From IMG/VR virus record IMGVR_UViG_3300020472_000017, positions 248 through 64,247 of that record: a stretch of 64,000 bases of DNA; one strand, given 5' to 3'. Both the position numbers and the translations under genes were made by a program. The notes under the pieces are model-generated. The model did no database searches. It was not told the DNA's origin and saw only the letters and a program-made list of their open reading frames with translations. This DNA comes from a virus. How positions within the stretch are numbered: the stretch's first letter is position 1; each line of letters opens with the position of its first letter. This document shows, in pieces, positions 18,401 through 28,400 of this stretch.

Positions 18401-19772
18401 CCATCAAGTTATCCTGAGTACCATCAAATAAGAATGATGCAGTACCGAATTTCTTTTGAGCAGTATCTATCTGTGTGTCACCAAACCTACTTAATACCTT
18501 TACTGGTTTGAGTGAAGTTGTGAATATACCAGTTCCCTTACCACTAATATAGATGTAAGTTCCATCATTACTATCAATAACTCCACGTCCTACTGCCTTC
18601 TTGTAAGTTACGTTGTTGGCAGTGATTGTACCAGATGCTGCATCAGTATAAGTGAACGTATTAGCATCTACTACAGTTACTTGATAGAAATTATCTGTAG
18701 CACCACCACTAATATGGTCTGCATAGATGTAATCATTACTTGCTAAACCATGACCAGTTCTTGTTAAAGTAACTGTGGTTCCAGAACGAACATATGTACC
18801 AGACTGGAATCCATCTTCCAACTGATAAACTATCTCTGCAGCAGAGAATGTTCCACTAGTACCACCAAGTTTTAAACGAGTTTTACCAGCACCATACTTA
18901 CCTGTTGCACCCTGAAGACCTTTAATACCTTCAGCAGCAAAGTAAATAAATCCATTTAACCACTCAACACGAACACCATTAGTACAAAGTATACCAATAG
19001 AGTTTGGAACTATGAACGTACACTCATTAAAGAGTACAGCAGCGTGTTGTGAAGCAGCATTAATCTGAGCACCATCTAGCTTAGCACCACGTCCAGCATC
19101 TCCTTGAGCGAAACCATAAGGATCAGCACCAGAAGTTACACTACCTTTAGTAGATACAGTACATCTTTCTACATAAGGACTTCTATCTGAGTTTAATGAA
19201 GAAACAAGTTCAAATGCATATCCGTCATCATTACCACTATCATAGAAAAAATCTTTAATAGTCAAATCGGAGACATGACAATCTCCTGAAAGCTTAAAAG
19301 CAGTATTACTTTGAGTTACACTTGTAGGTTTAACTGATGTTGCACGTAAATTAGTACCACGTAAAGTAACCCCATCAGGAACTGTCATGGGGAAGACTTC
19401 TTGATATTCTCCTGGAGATACTAAAATACTGTCACCAGAAGTGGCAGTAGCAAGTGCTTTAGTTATTGTTAAAAATGCAGTATCTGGATGCTTACCACCA
19501 GCACCAGAGTTTGCTAATGTAGTAGTATCAGCACCATTCTTCGAGACATAATAAGTGCTACCAGGACCATTTGTAATGTCCGTGGCAAGCATTGCAGTAG
19601 TAACCTCACCTGTATTAGGTTTTTGGTTTGCAATTTCGACTATTGCTGCGCCATTTCTGGCGTATAATTTTTGATCGGCTATATTTACCGCAACTTCCCC
19701 GTCTTCTAAATTAGAAGTCGTCGGGACTGTTGTCGCTGTTGTCGATCTTTTGAGCTTGATTCTCGTTGCCAT
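12426..19772 (-). CDS. Large tail fibre / receptor-binding protein, 2448 aa
   Basis: N-terminal IKLKRS...GEVA fibre-attachment motif, pectin-lyase-like beta-helix, concanavalin A/LamG domain (~17910-18500; WYHVAV...WIDEVRFS), many GxGY repeats, cupredoxin-like domain (~15324-15560). Confidence 0.8.
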   Translation of the reverse strand: MATRIKLKRSTTATTVPTTSNLEDGEVAVNIADQKLYARNGAAIVEIANQKPNTGEVTTAMLATDITNGPGSTYYVSKNGADTTTLANSGAGGKHPDTAFLTITKALATATSGDSILVSPGEYQEVFPMTVPDGVTLRGTNLRATSVKPTSVTQSNTAFKLSGDCHVSDLTIKDFFYDSGNDDGYAFELVSSLNSDRSPYVERCTVSTKGSVTSGADPYGFAQGDAGRGAKLDGAQINAASQHAAVLFNECTFIVPNSIGILCTNGVRVEWLNGFIYFAAEGIKGLQGATGKYGAGKTRLKLGGTSGTFSAAEIVYQLEDGFQSGTYVRSGTTVTLTRTGHGLASNDYIYADHISGGATDNFYQVTVVDANTFTYTDAASGTITANNVTYKKAVGRGVIDSNDGTYIYISGKGTGIFTTSLKPVKVLSRFGDTQIDTAQKKFGTASFLFDGTQDNLMVPTGEDFGLGTSNFCLEAFVRPNSVTGIQHIFDLRDASATDTAGKLYLNGTALHYGVGNSSTLSGGTLAIGTWYHVAVARNGGTTKLFLDGTELATGADTNDYGSTKPVAIGSNYDTSAPAEALNGWIDEVRFSKGAARFTGAFTPTTSEYTSDNNTVLLLHGNGTDASTTFTDESGGTSDVRSNGGDSATSVVTADYSEFGCEVRALSSTNVYGTKGAVADGAGTKLNLTAHQFAYVGAGSDYTNDPSLAVQANEVEELNNGKVFYSSTDHKGDFRVGTAFTVDQQTGNVQFEATSTAQSAANITLTDGTGTTNIYPAYVETGNLRLAGNSLTSTAGKIILDPAGDEDITLNGQVVCPENIYFDSNRLASILGTGNSSCAFTVGTYAQAGFSSYGIFSNRNFGVNKKSLNDTGTGLTITNEGTGYTPGAYTAQILSNPDQVATATATLSANGAIGTINITNGGSLYTHNPTVAANLTPVTGTTAFIASMGDTGDVGIIAVASGGAGYSTPTGTFTAPPDREFDANTAIANNAITYTTNNFRDGDKVIYDNNTNSDLTNLTNGTTYYVVNRNTTTFTIQLAATSGGTPIALTATGAQEMHIIRGFTAVAGAVTVAAGAITAVAISDRGSGYTIGSSPTLTMSETGGGVTDATFTITLGTDITSVSTTGDGVYASIPTLSFTNDTNDTTGSGAAATVANLTFTVASVTLSNGGYGYSSVPIVSFSGGGTPTNDAVATATLDTELGQVGSVALTQAGEGYSSTPTVVISGGSGTGGTAGINILPVGGNITAAGSGYVAGTYANVSFTGGSGTNAAATFTVRGLFGTITGGSGYTASEYNQIDVVNLNRAATWPVTVAARHKIPCVTSGITGTVNVGDTATGATSGATGTVTDVGNATAGIDSFVYVTVTSGVYQAAEVVNFTSGGSLTTSGLPEDINRYFINIGAGAVEAPDLTMIRGNTYRFDMSDATVAGHPLVLDATSQAATSEWATFSYGTPGNAGAYVDVMCKASATIGATAYYECSSHGRPMSENATINVTTGTAGESGSGAQLDITVVGGAVTAATFSTGMQGSGYNVGDVLVASSDTLIGNGTGFQYTITGNDTGIFSVTDIQASGSGYAVNDQLSVADADVGNSGVGAGFVFTVTKAGYADSATIAEGNGGSGFFSGQTVVFDTLQFGGMGAGSNFAMVANDIVTTSITTIAGDGSLTSGNFNFSTTGTLTVGTGTTSTLSSDTLSTTNVQASGNATISTDATVGGTFGVTGISTFSGNIAANGTDNFIENARISIQSGGTAAAPTITLSNEPTTGIYRSAADEFSIAHGGVQKHVINGTSIQTAGDIIADSTIGNAAPFFKVDSTAETLTVGSANAGLVLNNAAVLTADGQDANIPVTITPKGTGDMVITGAADREFQVNDGNLANKKFFVDTQTGDTEITGSLKIDEKLKFQTNSIENADIGGTNSFGEILTVAVTGTGTGYTDGSYSACTVTATTGIGTAATFDVTVSGGAITAATVTAAAKGHNYHVGDEITFNPATIGGGSGNTVTITDTQGQGIVLKPGGGKSAYVKSTGSLIIPAGTTNQRPLTNDRIAGAIRFNSTQQQFEGYNGNDFVSLGGVRDVDQDTYILTESSPNADEDTFEFFAAGINNLSLNNTTLAFKTNMTGTTYATSHLATVTGGYTLKGTLYDVNPLNVLVESQNIVSVRAKKDLEVTGGLRLRNVPAQGVAATLDPATLTQVATSYTASQTFTGVTTASSVEGSGATLDIVVDGAGTVTTVTINAGGTGYEAASSPSAGNGEVLRVLGTALGGLTPSQDVTIRVDTISSASTPYTRNDILLQDYITRLDAKAFIALDSNASECKWKINRNWQAGGTESYLTVFDSTADFVELDDCRVEGGQMTSFASNASITAFDKTAYKGAKTLITIESDDGKVQMFEVTAVCSAAGTVAHATVTNSITSDNDLMDATVAVAANNVNISLNKSSAATSSTSFTGRYTTTKVKV

Positions 19773-19914
19773 TTGTTATAGCATCACTAGGTTGTTCGCT
19801 TATACTATTTAACTGACTTTGCAGATCCTGTATCTGCGCTTCCAGCATCACATTAATAAGGGTCAACTCAGATACTTTTTTTTGTAATGTAGCAATAACA
19901 ATTTGTCCGTTCAT
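19711..19914 (-). CDS. Small coiled-coil protein, 67 aa
   Basis: Heptad-like LQKKVSELTLINVMLEAQIQDLQSQL; abuts the upstream stop codon; 3' end overlaps the next gene by 62 nt. Confidence 0.55.
   Translation of the reverse strand: MNGQIVIATLQKKVSELTLINVMLEAQIQDLQSQLNSISEQPSDAITNGNENQAQKIDNSDNSPDDF
19806..19811 (-). promoter_or_regulatory. Possible late promoter core TAAATA
   Basis: GTTAAATA on the minus strand, 33 nt before the ATG of the 2448-aa gene; imperfect match. Confidence 0.4.
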
Positions 19915-21600
19915 TTAGAAAGTTCCACCATCTATTGTGTTTGTCCATACAGGAACTCCACCACTAGTTACTGTTAGTATCTGATAAGATTCAGCTACGT
20001 CAGGAGCAGATCCAGGAGTAGACATATTAGCAGCTCCAGTTACTTGTAAAGCACCTGCAGCATTACCATATATGATACCATTTTGAGTGAATGTACTAGC
20101 ACCAGTACCACCGTATTCAACTACGAGGTCGTTATCTAGTTCTAGATCACCAATAAGAACAGTACCACGGTTTCCAGTTACCCCGAATACAGTACCTGTG
20201 TCAGTTGCTTCTTCAATGAATGTCCAAGCACCTGCACCATCGTTACCACCTGTACGGTCATAACCGAAGAAACCAAACTTGTTAGTTCCAGAAGCATTGT
20301 AGTGTACTTTAACACCACGATCCATTGCATCATCAGCACCTCTAACTGTAACTAGAGTAGCACCTACAACTTGGTCAGCAGTGATTGCTGCACTTAATGT
20401 AAGTGTTTTTGTGCCTGTATTGATAGCAGAGATTGTAGTTCCACCAGGAATACCAGTACCAGTTATAGTGTCATTCACTTGTAACTGTTCTACAGCATCA
20501 ACCTGAACAGCAACTGTTGCATTACCTGCAAAGGTAGCTAGTGTTTTAACTGTGACAGGTGTAGTAGGATCACCCAATTCAATAGTAGGATCGTTAACAC
20601 TCATTGAAGCAGAGTTAACAGTCGTTGTAGTACCATCAATTTGAAGATCACCTTTAATTATGACCAAACCATCAGCGTCTCCACCTGCAGGATATGGGTC
20701 AATAATCAATTCTTGTATACTATTAATAGTGGAAAGTGTATTTCCATCTAATTTCAGATTGTCAATTTCAATTTGACCAGTCTGAGATGTATTACCAGTA
20801 ATGTTTGTTAGACCATTAAAGGTAACTTGGTTTTGGAAGGTTGTAGTTGCATTAACTTCCAGTGTATCTGTGTTTGCAGTACCAAGAACTGTGTTGTCAT
20901 CAACCTTAAAGTCCTTAACCCATGCAGTTGCACCAACACCAATACCACCAGCAAAGGTTACAGATGCAGTTGCTACGTTGGAAGCATCAGTTGTATCTGC
21001 ATAGTTTGCAGTAACACCAACAGCATAGTTCCAGTCAGCACCTTCAACCTGTACTTTATCTGTTGTTGTTTCATCGTAGTAGATAGAAGCATCCTTTGTA
21101 TTACCGAAGTGAAGCTTCATATCATCAGCGATACGCAGGTCGGGGGTTCCTGTTACACGCTTGATATCTACAACAGCATCAGAATCGTTAAATACAAACT
21201 CTACATCACCTGTAGTACCAAATTCTAGTTCTTGTCCATCTTCGATGACAAGTTTACCTGTACCATTTGCTCTGAATATAAGGTCAGTATCTGTGGTAGC
21301 AGTTGTAATGACGTTAGCATTCAAGTTAATGTCATCAACATTCCAAGTATCTACCTTTGAATTACTGTCTACAATAACAGCAGAAGCAGCAGTAAGAGTT
21401 CCATGAACATGATCCAACATGTCTGTGAAATATCTACCACCAACTACTTGAGCAGCACTACTATTATCACCAACGAATAAACGGTCACCCGAATTCGCTT
21501 GTGTACCAGATCCACCAGTAGTTATGGCTAACTCACCATATGTAATGGTTCCTGGTGCAGTTGTTCCAGTACTCCTTTTAATTAGGATATTTGATGCCAT
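19915..21600 (-). CDS. Tail fibre-like structural protein, 561 aa
   Basis: N-terminal ILIKRSTGTTAP...GELA motif like the 2448-aa protein; beta-rich body; C-terminal DGGTF. Confidence 0.7.
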   Translation of the reverse strand: MASNILIKRSTGTTAPGTITYGELAITTGGSGTQANSGDRLFVGDNSSAAQVVGGRYFTDMLDHVHGTLTAASAVIVDSNSKVDTWNVDDINLNANVITTATTDTDLIFRANGTGKLVIEDGQELEFGTTGDVEFVFNDSDAVVDIKRVTGTPDLRIADDMKLHFGNTKDASIYYDETTTDKVQVEGADWNYAVGVTANYADTTDASNVATASVTFAGGIGVGATAWVKDFKVDDNTVLGTANTDTLEVNATTTFQNQVTFNGLTNITGNTSQTGQIEIDNLKLDGNTLSTINSIQELIIDPYPAGGDADGLVIIKGDLQIDGTTTTVNSASMSVNDPTIELGDPTTPVTVKTLATFAGNATVAVQVDAVEQLQVNDTITGTGIPGGTTISAINTGTKTLTLSAAITADQVVGATLVTVRGADDAMDRGVKVHYNASGTNKFGFFGYDRTGGNDGAGAWTFIEEATDTGTVFGVTGNRGTVLIGDLELDNDLVVEYGGTGASTFTQNGIIYGNAAGALQVTGAANMSTPGSAPDVAESYQILTVTSGGVPVWTNTIDGGTF

Positions 21601-21821
21601 CAGAAGCTACCCCCGTTGATAGTGATGTCGTTTAAAATGTTTGTTGGTACAAATTTTGTATCTGCAGCAGAATAAACTAGCACTGCACCATTTGCTAGTC
21701 CTCCTTGAGAAGTGTCTGTTAAATCTACATCGGACATTCCTCCGATAGTACCGCCGCCACCACCAGTAGCGACTCTAGTTACTCTGGGGACCGATTGGTC
21801 TCCAAATCTAAGTCTTGCCAT
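21600..21821 (-). CDS. Small structural protein, 73 aa
   Basis: Gly tract plus MSDVDLT...GAVLVY fibre-type motif; ends in NGGSF; translationally coupled on both sides. Confidence 0.6.
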   Translation of the reverse strand: MARLRFGDQSVPRVTRVATGGGGGTIGGMSDVDLTDTSQGGLANGAVLVYSAADTKFVPTNILNDITINGGSF

Positions 21822-22159
21822 TAGACAGTTACCCCCTCAAGTACGCTGACAGATCCTTCCAGAACTCTGGATTTTATACCAGAAGTTGCTGTAATAACAA
21901 CATCATATACGTAACGACCACTCTTCATCGCGGCAGTTTGGGCATTCGTTAGAGACAATTGTATTTGTCCAGCAGTAGCAGGAGATAAAATCGCTGCTGT
22001 TACTGTAGTAGAAGAACTACTTGTATAGTGTTTCTTTATCTTACAAGCAACTGTATATCCAGTCAGATTGAATACTGTCCCATTATCGTTTTCAATGGTG
22101 AAATCGATAATAAAGTCAGAACCTTGATAGATTAACAGGTTGGATACAGCAGAAGCCAT
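21821..22159 (-). CDS. Virion protein, BppU-N/Ig-like fold, 112 aa
   Basis: QGSDF...FNLTGY...GQIQLSLT...GRYVYDV pattern, typical of baseplate-upper N-terminal-like domains. Confidence 0.6.
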   Translation of the reverse strand: MASAVSNLLIYQGSDFIIDFTIENDNGTVFNLTGYTVACKIKKHYTSSSSTTVTAAILSPATAGQIQLSLTNAQTAAMKSGRYVYDVVITATSGIKSRVLEGSVSVLEGVTV

Positions 22160-22181
22160 TCTCTAATAGAATCCTAAGTAT

Positions 22182-22188
22182 TATTTAG
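22182..22188 (-). promoter_or_regulatory. Late promoter variant CTAAATA
   Basis: Lies in the 36-nt intergenic gap, 22 nt before the ATG at 22159. Confidence 0.55.
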
Positions 22189-22195
22189 CTTAACT

Positions 22196-22420
22196 CTATT
22201 TATCCGCTTTCTCAACCAAAGTTTTCACAAGTGCCTTAAGCTCTGCTACTTCACCCTTTAACGTAGTCATTTCCTCGTTCTTCCTCTTTGTTTCCCTACG
22301 AGCTCTCTTATATGCTTCGTATGCAGTAACATCAGTATTGATTATTGCATTAGACGAAGGATCCCTACCAAGTTGATTATGACCATCAACAGGGATCAGT
22401 TCAATTATATCTCTATCCAT
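22196..22420 (-). CDS. Hypothetical protein with C-terminal coiled coil, 74 aa
   Basis: Coupled to the DUF4815 gene stop; RDPSSNAIINTD motif of a type seen in T4-like cyanophages. Confidence 0.6.
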   Translation of the reverse strand: MDRDIIELIPVDGHNQLGRDPSSNAIINTDVTAYEAYKRARRETKRKNEEMTTLKGEVAELKALVKTLVEKADK

Positions 22421-25400
22421 TATGCAAGTGCTATTGCTCTAAAGTCCTTAACCCTAGGTATGTATGGTTGATTATAACCAAGAAGACTAATCTTAACCTG
22501 GAATGCATCAAAGTCATTAGTTTCTTCTATAGTAAACTCATAATCAGTAAATGTGATTAGATCATTCTGTGGAATTAGCTTTCCGTTATCTGGAACACCA
22601 GTAGTGTTAAAGAATTCAAATGGTAGATCATCAAGATTACCAGCATAACCAACTGGAACTAACTTATACATCACTACGATCTTAGATGAATCGAATGTGT
22701 TAGCAGCAAGCATAACCTTAAGTCCACTAGCACTCTTCTCTAATCTTGCAACCTTAGTAATATAGTTACCAGCACATTCCCCACCAACACCTGTAGTTGG
22801 GGTAATATTATTATATACGTTTGAGGTTGTAATGATTGCACATTGAGTTAAGTCAACAACTGGAGAAAGGTGAGATACTTCAGAACTTATATCCAATTCC
22901 ATAGTGAATGACTTGGCACTACTCATTCTATTGATTTCATTCAACTGGTTAGCAATAACCTTAGTAGATGGGAAGTAATTCTCCTCACCAATTGTAATGT
23001 CATTGTAAATTGTATCCTTAACAAATGAAGTCTCTGCAGTATTTCCAGCTGGGAAAGGTCCACAAGAGGTACCACTAGTACCAAGAACTCTAGCAACAAT
23101 GCTAGTCTTAGGTTCTACCTGACTTTGAACTTGTGGTGTAAGAACATCCCAAGGAATATTCTGAGATACTAGTATATTTGTTCCACCAGAGTTAATACTC
23201 TTACCAGCATTCTTATTAGTAATCTTCAAGTTGTAACTATGAGGACTATTAATTGAAACTACACCACCAGTTGTACTGTTATGAGTTGAGTTAATTAATG
23301 TTAGAGGAATACCGCATAGGTTATAACATTCAACCACTGCATTATCAGCATGTGCTAATCCAGTTCCAGAACCTGCAGCTCCACTATATGCTCTACCTGC
23401 AGAGTTAATAGTAATAACATTACCAGCAATACCTTCGTATGCAATGATTTCATCACCACTTCCATCCTCTTGGGTACCAAGTATCCTAAGGAATCCAAGG
23501 TTTGAATTGCTTACTGCAGATCCACCAATAGTTGTGTGGAAATTACTTGCATCATCTACAGTCAATGAAAGTCCTGTAGTTGTTAAACCAGCAGCCATAT
23601 TGACCTTAGTAGGTGCAATCTCTGAGGTTACTCCACTCATCTCAACATAGTTAAGACCAGATTGCATACCATGATTACTATGGAACACTCTAATCTGATC
23701 ACTACCAGATGTTGTCTGTAGTGAATTAGGTCCAAGGTTCAAATAACCACCATTTCCTTCTCCAAGCTGTGCATTCTCAAGAATAAGTCTTGAAGGTGAT
23801 GCCGTGGATGGAAGAGTGAATTCTGCTCTATAGATCTTAAACATAAGATCTTCATACTGAGAAGGTGTCCAAGTAGATGCGTTCTGTGACTTGAATAGTA
23901 CACCAATATATGGCTGTTCAGATATCTTCTCACCAGCATGTGCAGCATCAATAGCATCCTTACCAAGGAGTGAGATGAATACCTTATACTGGTTAGAGTC
24001 TGAGGTCAATACAATAGCATGTTCCTTTCTATGTGGAATGTATACAGGAGCTTGGAATGTAAACGTGGTTGGTTTAGAAGCATCTGTAGATGTAAATACG
24101 TCCTCAGGATCTTTAATTACTTTAGAGAATGGTAGAATAGTCTGTGTTGGAGTACCATTTTCAACAGTTCTAACATCCAATGAAACAGGAATTTCTGCAT
24201 CCTTAGTGAAGAAGAATATATCAATCTTAGTAAGGAATACTCCACCTTCAAGATTTGAATCTTCAACAAGGAAAGTCTGAGCAAGAGGGTCAACCCATCT
24301 AGTCTCTTCTGTTACAGCCTGACTTGAGCTAGTTAATGTCCTAGCATCCTTCATGTCTTCTGAAGTTACCCTAGCATTTCTTACAGATATAAGTGTTTCT
24401 TGCTGTGTCTGTAAGATACCAGAAGCTGTAAATTCTGCTTCACCACTAGAATCAGATACACCAACAACCTTACTATCAGTAGAATCATCACTAAGTCTGA
24501 ATAGTTTAGTACCAGTCTTAAACTTCAAATTACCTTGAACATTAGGAGCATCAATAAAGAATGATCCTCTAAGATTACCTTTCTTATCGGTAATTAAATC
24601 CTTATTAGAAACTTTAGCAACAGCACCAGATGTCTCTCCAACAATATAATCATTAATCTTTGGAGATCCATAATAAGTACCTTTTGCTTGATCTGCTAAA
24701 GACTTAGTATCAATATTAACGAAAGATAGATTAGACTTGTAATCACTAATACTTGTAATATCTGTACCGTCTAATGGTTGAATAGCATACTCATCATTAG
24801 GAGCTGCTACTCTTCCCTTAAATCTAAACTTACCATTTCCTTTCTTAACATGGATAGTTTCTCCAATCTGGAAAGGAATACTATTTGTTTGAGAATCACT
24901 ACTAGGATCTTTAATAAGACCAATAACTTTTGGAGTAACAAGCTTCTTAGGAATTGCAATTCCATCAAAGAAAGCATAGAACTTAGTTCTTGGCTTTAAC
25001 TTCTTACAATCGAATTGGATGTTCCTAGAACGCATCCACTGTATGTGTTCAACAGAAACAACTCTACTTCCTAAAGATTGCTGTTCAATAACTGGAGTTA
25101 CTCTATATCTAATACCAGTTCTAGTTTGCTTAGTAGTAGTTGTAGTTGTAGTAGTAACAGTTCTCCTCTGCTGGAATCTACCTTTACCATGTCCTCTCCA
25201 ACCACCACGATCAATACCTGTTATTGCACTTCCAGTCCAAGTAGTTTTCCATGCATTCCAATGTATAGGTGAGAAACCATTCTGATCAGCATTATATTCT
25301 CTAACAGTTGTCATGAAGTTTCCTTCTACAACTGGTCCTTTAATAGGACTAAGTGTTTTAGTATCTACCCAGTTATCAGTTTCTGGATATAATGCTATGT

Positions 25401-28400
25401 CACCAGTATATGTGAATACGTTAAATGGGTTAACGTTTTCCACAGCTGATGCATATGGCTGATCAATAAGAACAGTAGATGCATATGGGAGTGTAATTAC
25501 ATCATCAGTTTGTGTTACATTAGTGGATGATGTACCATATGTTAATGGAACCTGTGTTGTATAGTGAGCTGGTCTCAATTGACCTTCTTCAAAATCAACT
25601 GATACTCTATAATCAACATGTAAAGTATCACTAGTAGAAAGACTAGCAAAGTTGTCTACAATAAATCCATTCTTATATCTGCTAAGACCACTAGTATCTC
25701 TGATCTCCATACTTGCGGTTTCACCCTCAAGTAATGAAAGTTGAGTGTAGTACTCAAGTGTCTTAATTCTATCTTCAAGTACTTGAATATCTCGGAATGT
25801 ATATCTCTTATAATTCGTCTCTACAATAGTAATATCATCATCAATGTCAAAGATATATGGCTTCAATTCCACTGTTGCCAATAACATTGCATCATCAATG
25901 TCATCAGGAGCATCAGGATCAGTAGAAGGAGCACCCTTAACTACCTGTACCACACCATCCTTACTCATAAAGATCTTATCTTGCCTTCCAAGATAATACT
26001 GAAGACTTATAATAGTAGTATCACCAACTCCTGGTAAACCAGTTAAGTTACCAGTAAATGCTCTATTATCGAAGTCAAGATACTTAGTAGCACTTAATGT
26101 CCATGGAGAAGCAACAGAACCAGATCCAGTGAGCTGTGAAGCTACAATAGGTCTAAAGTCAATTAAATCTCTTAGTGGTACATCATCATAATCAGGAATA
26201 ATCTTATACTCAGAAGCAGGATATGAGTCTACTGTATATGGATTAATACCAGCAGTAGTAAGGAAACGATCAAGAATTACAAAAAGTCTATGTGTAGGTG
26301 CTGTATAACCAGCCTTTCTAACAATAGTTGAATAATCATAGTATTGATCTCTCTGACCATCATCAAGGTCAAAGCTATCAGTTACATCAGTTGATCCAGT
26401 ATTATTACTACCAGCAACAATCTTAAGAGTAGCATTTGGTCCAGTGATAGTCTCACCATCAGTGAACTTATCATCTTCTACTGGAAGATAATAAACATAG
26501 TTACTTGTAGTAGAAACTACTCTAGCTCTTGATCCAGAAGTATCTCCAGAGATAATTTCATCTACTGATACAGTACCAAGTAAGTTTGTATACTGGAAAT
26601 TGGGAATTATTGGATCATTATCATCTTCTGATTCAAGAATTGCTTTAATCTTGAATACATCACCAGTACCAAGAGAAATACGATCATCATCTATTCTATA
26701 TGCATTACCTGTAGTAGCTGTAGTTAAACCATTAGGACTACCACTTACAGTTGTCTTATCCAACTTGAGAATTCTCATAGTCTCAGTTGTCTTGGCTTTT
26801 GCAGATCTATTAGAACTGTATACTGTTACAGTAACATCAATAGTACCATTACCACCACCAAGAAGACCTGAAAGTGCAACACTCTGAGTATTTTGTGAAG
26901 GGGATCCTGTAGTAAAGTCACCTTCTTCTAGAATATCACCATCACCTGTACCAGATGTGACACTGACTGTAAAGTCATCACCATCATCAGCATCCCTAAT
27001 TGTCAAACCTGATCCTACATCAACAGTAGCAGCACCACTAGTTACAGATATGTTTGTAAGAGTAGTCCTAAAGTATCCTGCAGGGTTCTGAGTATTGTTA
27101 TTATTTGTATTCTTTAATGCTTCATATCCAAGAGGTGTTAATAGTTGCCTATTAGTTGCTTCCTTAACCTCTGGACGTGTTCTAACTACAGGACTGGTAA
27201 GTGCACCATTAGCAATATTATGTGGTCCTAAGCTTGTAATATTGAAATTATACGCATCAGTAACAGCACTAACTGTTGCTTTCTGAGGTAAATTGTTATT
27301 TGAGAACTCAACAACATCCCCAACTTTTAACTGTGTATTAAAGTTAGAAAGGGTTGCTGTAATAGTACCTGTAGCACCTGCACCAGTACCAGATACAGTA
27401 GACAGAATAGGACCAGAACCAGGTAATGCTACCTTGACATCTAATACAGAATCAGCAGTACCACCACCTGAATTGAATGCATATGATTTTACATCACTGA
27501 AACTATAATTTTTAGTTCCACTTGATGCAATAGTACCATGAGTAGCACCACCACTATTATTAACTTTTAGGACTTCTCCATCCTGGAAAGTACCATTAAC
27601 CTGGTAAAGATATCCAGTAGTACCAGAACCCGATTGTACGAAACCTGTTGCCCCTGACGTTGCTCCATAGATCCTCCTACCATTTGTCCAAGTAGCACTA
27701 CCAGTGCAAATAATTTGTGTATATAATTGAGTATCTGAAAGATTTGCTCTATAAAGAGTAGTCTGGGTATTCTTTGCACCAGATTCAAAAGAGAAATTAA
27801 GTACTCTTGCTTTACCTATAACAGTACCAGCAGGAGTTCCTGGTGTACTTGTTACGGTATCTCTGAGTTCAATAGTTTCATATAACGAAGGCATTTGGTG
27901 CTGATTCGTCATAAAGACGTAATTACCAAAGCTTGATGTAATAGACTGATTAGTAACAGTATCAAAAGTTCTTGGCTTAACTACATCCTTATAAGTTGTA
28001 GATAGTCTTTCTGTTCTATATCCAGAAATATATGCAGAACCACCAGATAATTGAATAGCTATATTATCTTCACTAGCCGCATTACCATCACCAGTAGTAG
28101 CCCCTGCAGCATATACACCATTATTAAATCCATCATCAAGGTTCTCTCTTGCATCTACAGAGAACTTCTTAACATAATAGTTTCCAGATTCTTCTTTAGT
28201 TCTAGTAGCGAGGATATCATTAATAAATCCAAGATCACTACGTTCTACTTTCTTCTGAATCTTACCAATATTGGTTCTAAGAAGTTCAATAAAGTCAGCA
28301 GCATTAGGATCTGATGGTAACTTCTTAACTAGAGTTAAGTTAACTTTAAACCTATCAGCACCTGGAGCTGAGAAGTTTGTACTACCAATTGCATTATCGT

